A stretch of 64,000 bases of DNA from Alphaproteobacteria bacterium (GTDB lineage Bacteria; Pseudomonadota; Alphaproteobacteria; CAAHEQ01; UBA3637). The stretch lies in contig JAZOOQ010000006.1 of assembly GCA_045655105.1 (NCBI GenBank), positions 408 through 64,407 on the forward strand, read 5' to 3'. Shown here in pieces: positions 27,598 through 36,500 of this stretch. The notes below the pieces were generated by a model. That model was not told where the DNA came from. It was given only the letters and a program-made list of their open reading frames with translations, and searched no databases. Both the position numbers and the translations under genes were made by a program. Within the stretch, counting starts at the first letter, position 1; each line of letters opens with the position of its first letter.

Positions 27598-28200
27598 CTA
27601 ATTTAAATTTTCTCGTTTAAGAAAGTATCGAAGAGTTGTGCGTTCAACATTAAACTCCTTGGCAATTTTAGTTTTTGAAACACCTTGTTCTAAAAGTTGT
27701 TTAATTTTATTTGCATGGTCTGAAAGTTTTAATTTTTTATTTTTAGATGAAAAGGGGCGCCCTAGTTTTTTTCCGCTGGCTTTTAAGTTTTCTAAGGATG
27801 CCTTTGTTCTTTCAGAAATAAGATTGCGCTCAATTTCAGCAGAAACACCAAATGTAAAAGCAATAACTTTTGATTGTATATCATCTCCTAATCTATATTT
27901 TTCTTTGATTGTCCAAATTTGGCATCCTTTATTTAAACAGTTTTCTAGAATTTTAAAAATTTCTAAAATCGATCGACCAAGACGAGATATTTCGCAAGAA
28001 ATTAAAATATCGCCTGGTTTCATATTAGTAAGAACTTTAAAAAGTTTTCTTTGTGTTAAATGTTTTCTAGAAGAAATGGTTTCTTCCACCCATTGCTGAA
28101 TGTCAATATTATTGTTTTTTGCAAATTTTTGTATTTCATGTTTTTGGTGAGAAACAGTTTGTTTTTCTGATGAAACACGAATATATCCGATAATAGCCAT
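27598..28200 (-). CDS. Small serine recombinase (invertase/resolvase family), copy 2
   Basis: YIRVSSEKQ, GDILISCEISRLGRS, SAEIERNLISERTK, C-terminal HTH. Clear paralogue of the 11665-12273 gene. Confidence 0.9.
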   Translation of the reverse strand: MAIIGYIRVSSEKQTVSHQKHEIQKFAKNNNIDIQQWVEETISSRKHLTQRKLFKVLTNMKPGDILISCEISRLGRSILEIFKILENCLNKGCQIWTIKEKYRLGDDIQSKVIAFTFGVSAEIERNLISERTKASLENLKASGKKLGRPFSSKNKKLKLSDHANKIKQLLEQGVSKTKIAKEFNVERTTLRYFLKRENLN

Positions 28201-28243
28201 AAAAAACTCCTTTGATAAATTTAAATGAACTGCGATTTATTTT

Positions 28244-28381
28244 AAGGAACGTTTAAATCAAACACTTTTTTTTATTAAATGGTTTAAAAACATTTTTTTT
28301 CAATCTTTGATTTTAAAAGGATTTTCTTTTAAATTAGCTCAAATAAAGATCAAAAATAAATGGTGAGAATAAACGTTCCTT
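28244..28381. promoter_or_regulatory. 12-bp inverted repeats bracketing a promoter-like segment (candidate invertible switch)
   Basis: AAGGAACGTTTA (28244-28255) and its exact reverse complement TAAACGTTCCTT (28370-28381). Between them lie TTGATT (28307-28312), a 17-nt spacer and TAAATT (28330-28335), pointing at the autotransporter gene. Confidence 0.4.
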
Positions 28382-28429
28382 TATGCTATCCAGTTAAACA
28401 TAGAATAATATGCATTTTTAGGGGGAATT

Positions 28430-31273
28430 ATGAAAAAATTATATGCAACACTTTTAACAACAAGTTTCCTTTTTTCTTTAAATACTTATGCAACAACTGT
28501 TTCTTCATTTCAAGGGTTAACAGATGCTTTAGGATCAGCTGATGCAAATGTTGTTTTTGATGCTTCTTCTGTTATAAATGTTGATGGATGGCTGACAGTA
28601 AAAGAAGGTCAATCTGTTGCACTTCAAAATATTGCCTCTTGGACAAACATGAATCAAACTTTTAAAATTTCTAATAATGAATATGTTGCAGGAACAATAC
28701 CAAGCCTTGGAAACAGCAATACATTTGGCATTGGAAAAGAAAGATTAATTATGAATTCAGGTGAGTTGAAAATTAATAGCGTTGTTGTTCAAAATAATGA
28801 CTTGTTAACTTCTTCAAGACCTAATAATCAGTATGCTTTGTGGGGATCTGCATTTATTCAAAATAAAGGGATTATTACAGAAATATCCGATTTGATAGTA
28901 AAAAATAATGATGTTAACACCTTAAAGGGGCATGATTTATGGGGTGGGTTAGTTGGAAATCTTGATGGTGGCCAAATTAAAAGCATTAAAAATACTGTTT
29001 TTGAAAACAATTCATTTTTAACACAACAAAGCTCTCCTCATGGAGCTGTTATTTATAATGGATCAAATACAGCAGGTTCTCCTTCAGTTATTGAACTTAT
29101 TGAAGAAACAGAATTCAAAAATAATCATATGTTTGCTAGCGAGAATAATAGTGGAGGTGGTCACGGTGGCGTTATTGATAACAATCAAAGAGGTGTTGTT
29201 AATAAGATACATAAAACAAAATTTATCAATAACAGCTCACAAAAACCTGGCTCAGAAGCATCAGGACATGCTTCTGGTGGAGCAATAGATAATTATCATA
29301 TTATTAAAGAAATTTCAGAGAGCGAATTTCACGGAAATTTTGTTTTTACTGAATCAAGGGATGCTCTTGTAATGGGTGGGGCAATTAAAAACCTGTATGT
29401 AAGCGCATCTCTAGATGCAGCTGGGCGTATTGATAATATTGTGGATGTAGATTTTATTGGAAATTATGCCAAAAATACTGCGGGCGAAGCCTATGGTGGT
29501 GCATTTGCAACTGGGGATGGGGCTCGTGGAGCAGCAATAACTGAAAAAATGATTAATGTGTTATTCAAAAAAAATTATGCACAAGGAGATGGGCTTGAAG
29601 ATGGTTCTGGTGGTGCATTTGGTGGTGCAATGTATAACACAGGAACAATCAAAACATTAAACGGGAAGTTTATCGAGAACTATGCTATTAGTAAATGTGG
29701 CAAAGCTCAAGGTGGTGCAATTTGGAATAAAGGCACAATTGAAAGCATTAAGGATTCAGAATTTACAGGCAACTATGCAACAGGTGGATCTGAATCATTG
29801 GGTGGTGCAATATATAATGAGGGCACAATTGGATTTGAAGGAACAAATATCTTTAAAGGCAATAAAACAGGCAATAAACTTAATGATATTTATAACACAG
29901 GAACAATCACCGTTTCAGGAGATTTAACGCTTGATGGCGGTATTACTGGAACAGGAGCTGTTACTTTTAAAGACGGCGCTTCTTTAAATGCCACATTAAA
30001 TCAAACAACAATTTTGGCAGATAGTGTTACATTTGAAGGAAATAATAAATTAAGTTTTGTGATCGGTGGAGATATTGAATCAAAAACATATGACTTCATT
30101 GAAGCTTCTTTAACAGGAAGCGAAAATGTTTCAATCAGAGAAAATGCATTATATGATTTATCCTTAACAGATGAAGGTGATATTACTGTTGGTAAAAAAA
30201 GCTCTGATGAAATTCAAAAGACTCTTGAACAAAATATGGATAAAAAATCAGCAGAAATTATCACAGCTGTTTTAAATTCGAAAGGCAGTGAAAAATTAGC
30301 TGAATTATCATCAGAATTTTCAACAATTGTTCAAGAAGGAAGTTTTGAAAAAGCAACAAAAGGGGCCAAAGAATTAGCGCCAACAGATTCAGCCGTTGTT
30401 GGGCAAGTTGCGCAATCAACAAATACATTATTGTTAAATACAATAGGAAATAGAGTTGAAAGCACAGGTCGTTCAGGTGGTGATGCATTTAAAAATTCAA
30501 GCCTTTGGATGAAAGCACTTTATTCTAATGCAGAACAAGAATCTTCCTCTTCAAGTGAAGGGTTTGAAGCAGATACAAAAGGATTTGTATTGGGAGTTGA
30601 TGGCAAAGCAACAGAAGATTTAACAATTGGGGTTGGTTATGCATATACACAAAGCGAAATTGATGCAGGATCAAGAGAAATGGATGTAGATGGCCATAAT
30701 GCTTTTGCTTATGCTCATTATCAACCAAATAAATGGTATGTAAATGGGGTTGTGTCATATGGTCAAAGTAAATATAAAGAAACCAAAACACCACTTGGAA
30801 TGGCTTTAAGAAGCGAATATGATGTTAAAACATATGGTGCAACACTTATGAGTGGATATAACCTTGAAAATGGTATTACTCCAGAAGTTGGACTTCGTTA
30901 TTTAATTGTTGATCAAGAAAGTTATAATGATGGGGTTCAAACAATTGAAACAGGTAAAACAGATTATTTAACGGCAGTTGTTGGAGCTAAGTTTAATGTA
31001 ACCACACAAATTAATGATTGGGTTGTTGAACCAAATGCCAGAATTTATGCCACATATGATTTAATCAGTGATGATACCATTGCAACAGTATCATTCGCAG
31101 AAGGAGCCGGTTCTCAAGTTAAGGGAGAAAGTTTAGATCGTTTTGGAATTGAAACGGGGTTGGGTGTTTCTGCAACACTTGACAGCATTGAGTTGAGTTT
31201 GGATTATTTAGGTGGATTTAAAAAAGATTATCAAAATCACTCTGGTATAATCAAAGCTAAATATCATTTCTAA
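28430..31273 (+). CDS. Autotransporter with Pmp-type (FxxN / GGAI) passenger repeats
   Basis: Signal peptide. At least 8 passenger units of the form F-x-x-N ... GGAIxN (for example FIENYAISKCGKAQGGAIWN, FTGNYATGGSESLGGAIYN). C-terminal beta-barrel domain from about 30500 (SLWMKALYS ...) ending KAKYHF. Confidence 0.85.
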   Translation: MKKLYATLLTTSFLFSLNTYATTVSSFQGLTDALGSADANVVFDASSVINVDGWLTVKEGQSVALQNIASWTNMNQTFKISNNEYVAGTIPSLGNSNTFGIGKERLIMNSGELKINSVVVQNNDLLTSSRPNNQYALWGSAFIQNKGIITEISDLIVKNNDVNTLKGHDLWGGLVGNLDGGQIKSIKNTVFENNSFLTQQSSPHGAVIYNGSNTAGSPSVIELIEETEFKNNHMFASENNSGGGHGGVIDNNQRGVVNKIHKTKFINNSSQKPGSEASGHASGGAIDNYHIIKEISESEFHGNFVFTESRDALVMGGAIKNLYVSASLDAAGRIDNIVDVDFIGNYAKNTAGEAYGGAFATGDGARGAAITEKMINVLFKKNYAQGDGLEDGSGGAFGGAMYNTGTIKTLNGKFIENYAISKCGKAQGGAIWNKGTIESIKDSEFTGNYATGGSESLGGAIYNEGTIGFEGTNIFKGNKTGNKLNDIYNTGTITVSGDLTLDGGITGTGAVTFKDGASLNATLNQTTILADSVTFEGNNKLSFVIGGDIESKTYDFIEASLTGSENVSIRENALYDLSLTDEGDITVGKKSSDEIQKTLEQNMDKKSAEIITAVLNSKGSEKLAELSSEFSTIVQEGSFEKATKGAKELAPTDSAVVGQVAQSTNTLLLNTIGNRVESTGRSGGDAFKNSSLWMKALYSNAEQESSSSSEGFEADTKGFVLGVDGKATEDLTIGVGYAYTQSEIDAGSREMDVDGHNAFAYAHYQPNKWYVNGVVSYGQSKYKETKTPLGMALRSEYDVKTYGATLMSGYNLENGITPEVGLRYLIVDQESYNDGVQTIETGKTDYLTAVVGAKFNVTTQINDWVVEPNARIYATYDLISDDTIATVSFAEGAGSQVKGESLDRFGIETGLGVSATLDSIELSLDYLGGFKKDYQNHSGIIKAKYHF

Positions 31274-31292
31274 TGATTATGAAAAAAGGAAA

Positions 31293-31321
31293 AAACGAGG
31301 TGAAATCACCTCGTTTTTTTA
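31293..31321 (+). terminator. Rho-independent terminator after the autotransporter gene
   Basis: ACGAGGTG / CACCTCGT hairpin followed by T7. Confidence 0.8.
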
Positions 31322-31383
31322 TTCAAAAGTTTGGGTTGAGGGGGAATTTATAAATGCTTATTTAAATAAAAAAGGAGGCATTT

Positions 31384-32109
31384 ATGAGCGAGGAAAAAAA
31401 TCAAAAAGAAGGGTGTTTAAGAATAGGGGACAAAGCTCCAGCTTTTGAAGCGGATTCAACAATGGGAAAAATTTCTTTTCCTGTTGATTTTGAAGGGAAG
31501 TGGGTTATCTTTTTTTCTCATCCATCTGACTTTAGCGCTGTTTGCACAACAGAATTTATTTTTTTTGCAAATATGATGAATGAATTTGAAAATTTAAATA
31601 CAAAACTTCTTGGTTTATCTGTTGATGGATTAGCAAGTCATTTAGAGTGGCTTTATAAAATAGAAACAGAAATTTCTTTTCATGGGATAGTAAAAACAAA
31701 AATTAAATTTCCTTTGATTGCGGATTTATCTGGAGAAATTGCCAATCAATATGGCATGATTCATCCAAATGCTTCTATGGTAAAAGCTGTTCGTAGTGTT
31801 TTTTTTATTGATCCAACGGGAATTATTAGATCTATTTTATTTTACCCTTTTTCAACGGGTAGGAATTTTGATGAAATAAAGCGAATTTTGATAAGTTTGC
31901 AACTTTCCGATAAATTAAATATTTCAACACCAGCAAATTGGCAGCCTGGTGATGAAGTTGTTTCAAAAGCGCCAAATAATATCAATGATCTTGAACATCT
32001 TTCAAGAGAGACCATCAATAAATCTGGCGCTTGGTTTTTATCATTAGAAGAGCTTTCAAAAGAAGATATTGATATCGCCCTTTTAATAAAAAAGAATAGA
32101 CTTAATTAA
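31384..32109 (+). CDS. Peroxiredoxin (Prx6 / 1-Cys-like)
   Basis: Peroxidatic Cys motif FFSHPSDFSAVCTTEF; AhpC/TSA fold length plus the C-terminal extension typical of 1-Cys Prx. RBS AGGAGG. Confidence 0.85.
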   Translation: MSEEKNQKEGCLRIGDKAPAFEADSTMGKISFPVDFEGKWVIFFSHPSDFSAVCTTEFIFFANMMNEFENLNTKLLGLSVDGLASHLEWLYKIETEISFHGIVKTKIKFPLIADLSGEIANQYGMIHPNASMVKAVRSVFFIDPTGIIRSILFYPFSTGRNFDEIKRILISLQLSDKLNISTPANWQPGDEVVSKAPNNINDLEHLSRETINKSGAWFLSLEELSKEDIDIALLIKKNRLN

Positions 32110-32389
32110 TTATTTTTCGCTTATATGGATTACCATAACTTAATCCAACAGGTGCATTTTCACTAATCATACAATCAAAAAGAAAATAAGGATCAGCTTG
32201 CCCTGCAAAAAGCTCATCTAAATAATATTTTATTTCTTCTTCAACTGATTGTTCTAATTCCCTTGCAGGGATTTTGTGAAGTGGACATTTAAAATCAATC
32301 ATTAAATCATCTTGAATGCGTTGTAATCTTTTTTGAATGCCGCGTTCAATAATTTCATATCGTTTAGCTTTTTCTTCTAGTGTTAACAT
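32102..32389 (-). CDS. Hypothetical 95-aa protein
   Basis: Strong RBS AAGGAGG, own promoter-like region, separated from virB11 by a terminator. No recognisable motif. Confidence 0.5.
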   Translation of the reverse strand: MLTLEEKAKRYEIIERGIQKRLQRIQDDLMIDFKCPLHKIPARELEQSVEEEIKYYLDELFAGQADPYFLFDCMISENAPVGLSYGNPYKRKIIN

Positions 32390-32465
32390 TTGGCCTCCTT
32401 AAATTGTTTGTTGTTATATATTATACATATAATACATAATTTAAACAAGTCAAGAGAAAAATGTA

Positions 32466-32502
32466 TAAAAAAAAGAGGGTTTATAAAAAATATAAAACCT
32501 CT
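32466..32502 (-). terminator. Terminator after virB11
   Basis: Minus strand AGAGGTTTTATA-TTTTT-TATAAACCCTCT (one bulge) followed by a T-run. Confidence 0.55.
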
Positions 32503-32525
32503 AGATAATTTATCAAAAAATAAAA

Positions 32526-33515
32526 TTATGTTACTTCTGTAACCGCTCGGATATTTCCATCACGATTAATTTGCACAACGCGTAATTTTTCTTTCATCTC
32601 TCGGTATGTTTTTTCACGATCAGTTGTTGGATAGGAATGCAAAATTCGCCCAATAAACGCTTTATAAGCAGCATCTGGGCTTTCTGCGTGAATTGTTGCA
32701 AAACAGTTTTCATGACCTGATCCCATTAATTCCCATAGGGCCCCAGCATTTGAAGTTGAAATTTCACCGCCAATAATAGCATCTGGAGTAAAACGAACAG
32801 CAAGGTCGATTACTTTTTTATAATCAAAGTTATTTGTTAATTCTGTACGCGGTAAAACAATATGAACACGATTTTTGTGTGGCACAATAAGTTCCCGAGT
32901 ATCTTCAATTGTTAAAATACGTTTATGTGGATCTAAAACTTTAATTAAATTGTTTAAAAACGTTGTTTTACCCGTTGCTGTTGCGCCAGAAATTAAAACA
33001 TGGTCGCCTCTTTTTATTGAAAGCATTAAACGTTCAAAAGGATCATCAGGATCTTCTACTTGTTTTAATCTATTTAGTGGGCGTAATCTTTCTCCAACAC
33101 TAAGACCAAAATCACTCATAGAGATACTTACATCTTCTTTATAAACACGAATCGCCATGGCAATGCCACCAGTTAAGTCATTGTTATCATACATTACATT
33201 TCGACCTGCAATGCCCGTAAAACGATGACCACCAGGAAGTGTGGCATAAACTGTTGGAGTTCCTTGTGTTGGATCAAACGCATAATCATAAGAATTTGCA
33301 ATAATATACATAATATTATTGAGGTATTCACGTGTTAATTTTGGATCTTCATAATAATGCCATGGATGTGCATGTCGTCCGCGTAATCTAAGCCAGATTC
33401 CTCCTGGAGAATCAACAGCAACTTCTTCAACATTATCTTGATTATACCAATAGGATAAGGGTCTTAGAGCTGATTCTAAAACCCGATAGGTATCTGCAAT
33501 AGATAATTCCCCCAT
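32526..33515 (-). CDS. virB11: Type IV secretion ATPase VirB11
   Basis: Walker A GATATGKTT, ILTIEDTRELI, RFTPDAIIGGEIS, His-box ATIHA. Lies directly downstream of virB10. Confidence 0.9.
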   Translation of the reverse strand: MGELSIADTYRVLESALRPLSYWYNQDNVEEVAVDSPGGIWLRLRGRHAHPWHYYEDPKLTREYLNNIMYIIANSYDYAFDPTQGTPTVYATLPGGHRFTGIAGRNVMYDNNDLTGGIAMAIRVYKEDVSISMSDFGLSVGERLRPLNRLKQVEDPDDPFERLMLSIKRGDHVLISGATATGKTTFLNNLIKVLDPHKRILTIEDTRELIVPHKNRVHIVLPRTELTNNFDYKKVIDLAVRFTPDAIIGGEISTSNAGALWELMGSGHENCFATIHAESPDAAYKAFIGRILHSYPTTDREKTYREMKEKLRVVQINRDGNIRAVTEVT

Positions 33516-33529
33516 TTTTTTTATCCTTT

Positions 33530-36500
33530 TTAAAATAATCTATCAGACGAACCTGTTTTAGGAAGAACAGGAGTTACCTTTCTTTCTGATATAGGTTGTT
33601 TTTCAACGCTGTCGCCAGTATAAATAGCTTCATTTTGAGATTCATCTGATTCTTCTTCGCTATTATATTTATCTGAAGGTTTATAATATTTGCTATCATC
33701 AACATCAGAAGATTCCTCATCTTCTTCAGACTCTTCAGATTCTTCCTCATCTTCCTCATTTTCTTCATCTGTTGTTTCTTTTTGTGTATTTCTTGTTTCA
33801 ATCCATGAAGATGTGTCTGGTTTTTGAGCTTCTGTTGAAATTTCTTCTGCTTCAGAAATATCATCTTCTTCAGATCTTAACCATAAATCTTCGTTCGGGA
33901 ACACGGTTAAACGTGTGCCTGATGGAACATAAATAACAACAGGAATATTTGCTGAATCTTCAATAAGTTGATCAAAGATTGTTTGCATAGATTCGATAAA
34001 GTTTTCACGAGCATCATTTGCAGCTTCTGTTTTTGATGAAGTGATTGTATTTCCATACATATCTTGATACATATCATCATTTGTTGCCATCATATATGAA
34101 ATAGCTGAAGTGACAACGCTTGTCATAATTGGTTTACCGAATTTTTTAACCAATTCATCATCAAGATAAGCAGCAACACCACCACGGCCTTGAGCATCGC
34201 CTGAAGTTCCTTCAAATGAGAAGGCACCACCATCTGGACGAATAAGTCTTTGCCATGTGATTTCAAGTTTGGCTGCACGTTTGTCATTTCCTTGTTCACC
34301 AGCAAATGTTCCGATTAATCTTGAACCTGCTGGAATGATGATATTTCTACCTTTTTCTGAATAGATATGTCTTTCAACGATAGCTGTAACAGGCATTTCA
34401 GCATATCTTGAATCGATTGATCTTGTTAAGACGGCAGGGATTGCTTTATCTTTTAAGATCATGCGAGACATGTCAACAGGATAAGATGAAACAATTTTGT
34501 TAACACCAATAGATTTCCAGTCAGAATCTGCTTTTTTGCGAGCCATAGCCTTAATTTTAGAATTTGGTGTAATTAAACCTCTTGAACCCATTCCTGCTTT
34601 CATGCTTTCTCTTTTTTGAGAAAGAATTTCTTGCATTTGTTGAATTTGTTCAGGGGTTGGTTTCATCTTTTTGTTCCCAAAGTTCGGACGGATTCTACCA
34701 TGTTCATCACCATCTGGACTTAATGGACGACCATCTAAAGTCATTGGTCTTCCTTCTTGCATGAAACCAACGATTTCATTTTTATCATCTAAAATTGAAC
34801 CATCTGGTGTTACTTGATATAATTTATTACCAAAGGAAATTTTGCGAGAACCTGCTTGACCAGCTCCACCTTGAGCATTTCTTAAAGCTTCTAATTCTTC
34901 TTCTGAAAGAGACTTAATACCGCATTTATCCAAACGCAAATCAATGCCTTTGATTTGACCCATGTTGTTTCCATCTTTATCTTGCAATGTTCCGTTTTCA
35001 TGAATGGTAGCAAAAAGTTCTCCATTTAAACCAATGATAGATCCATTTGGTGTGATAGATGCGATTTTTTCATTTTGAAGATTGAAAACATCGCAACCTG
35101 AAATTTTACCAAAGACGTTTCCATTTGCATCTACAAGTAAACCGCTTTCGATATCGCTTGGAAGTTCTCCATTGTCACCTAATTGACCAATCACGTTACC
35201 ATTTTTATCAACAATTTCACCTGTTGGTAAAACTTGAGCAATGAAGTTTCCTTCGGCATCTTTAATCACCCCATCGGATCCGAAAGTTCCTTTGATATTA
35301 CCATTTTCATCATATAATATCTCTTCATCTCTTGAAACATTGCGGCCAATGATTTCTCCATTTGCGTTGACAACATTTCCATCTGCACGTAATGTGCCGA
35401 TTACTTCACCATTTTTGTTGACTACAGAACCATTTAATTTAACACGACCAATTGGTTTACCATCTTTTCCTAAAACAAGGCCACGTTCATGTGTTGCCCC
35501 AATGATTTCACCTGTTTTATGATCAACAACTGTGCCATCATTTTTGCTACAACCAATATTGATTCCATTGACATCAACAACCGTTGAGTCAGGCATTGTG
35601 CGTCCGATATATTTACCTTCTGGAGACATTACAATACCATTTCTTGTCAAGCGACCAATTTTTTCGCCAGAAGTGTTAACAGCCCACTTATCTGGCAATA
35701 TACGTCCAACAACGGTTCCTTTGGCATCAATTACTTGACCATTAAAGCCTGTTTGTCCAACAACTTTACAATCATTTGTAACTAAAGCAGATGATACCAA
35801 TGCTCCTGTGATTTTATAGGTGCCTTCTTTAACAGTTCCATTAACTGCAATTTTGCCTTTTAATTCACCAGAAGGAGACATGATTTGACCATTATGAATC
35901 AATGTTCCCATAAATGATCCATCTTGAGCAATAGCTGTGTGGAACGGTAAAATTGCGCCTGCTAATGGTTCATCTTTTCCTAAGATTGTTCCGTCATCTA
36001 AAATGCGAAGAGTTTTACTATCTGTGGCATCTAAAATATCACCAGAAAGGGTTGTTCGTCCTAAAACATCACCACGATAGCCAAATGGCAAACCTTGTTG
36101 AACAAGTCCACCTTTTTGAGGCATTGTGTTATATAAAGAACGATCTTGAATATCAGCAACAGATCCATCGCTAAGAGCTCTAGCCGTCATTTGATTATCT
36201 TTACCAATAACTGCACCATCTGCAGCAACTGTTCCAAGGATTTTTGCATCATCATCAACAGCTACACCGAATGGCGCTTTACCACCAGCCCAAAGATTAT
36301 CTTGTGTTAATGCAAAACCAAATGGCATTTGAACAGCAACAGTTTTTTCATCTTGATTCGTTATAGTTGCTGCTGTTTGTGTTTGACCGATTAAAAGACC
36401 TGATTTACCAACAAATGCTGTAACAGGTAAAGTCGTGCCACGAATATTTCCTTTATCATTATAAAGAGCTCTAATACCTGAAGCAGTGGATTCTTTTTTT

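Noticed and set aside
11665-28200. The two serine recombinases as the ends of a 16-kb transposon or island
   Set aside because: The interval contains core single-copy genes (rne, amiC, pgm, mipZ, htpG, tRNA-Glu). The genes are in direct orientation, with no matching terminal repeats that I could see.
32102-32389. The 95-aa ORF downstream of virB11 as a VirD4 remnant
   Set aside because: It has no Walker motifs or TM helices, is far too small, and is separated from virB11 by a terminator with its own promoter-like region.
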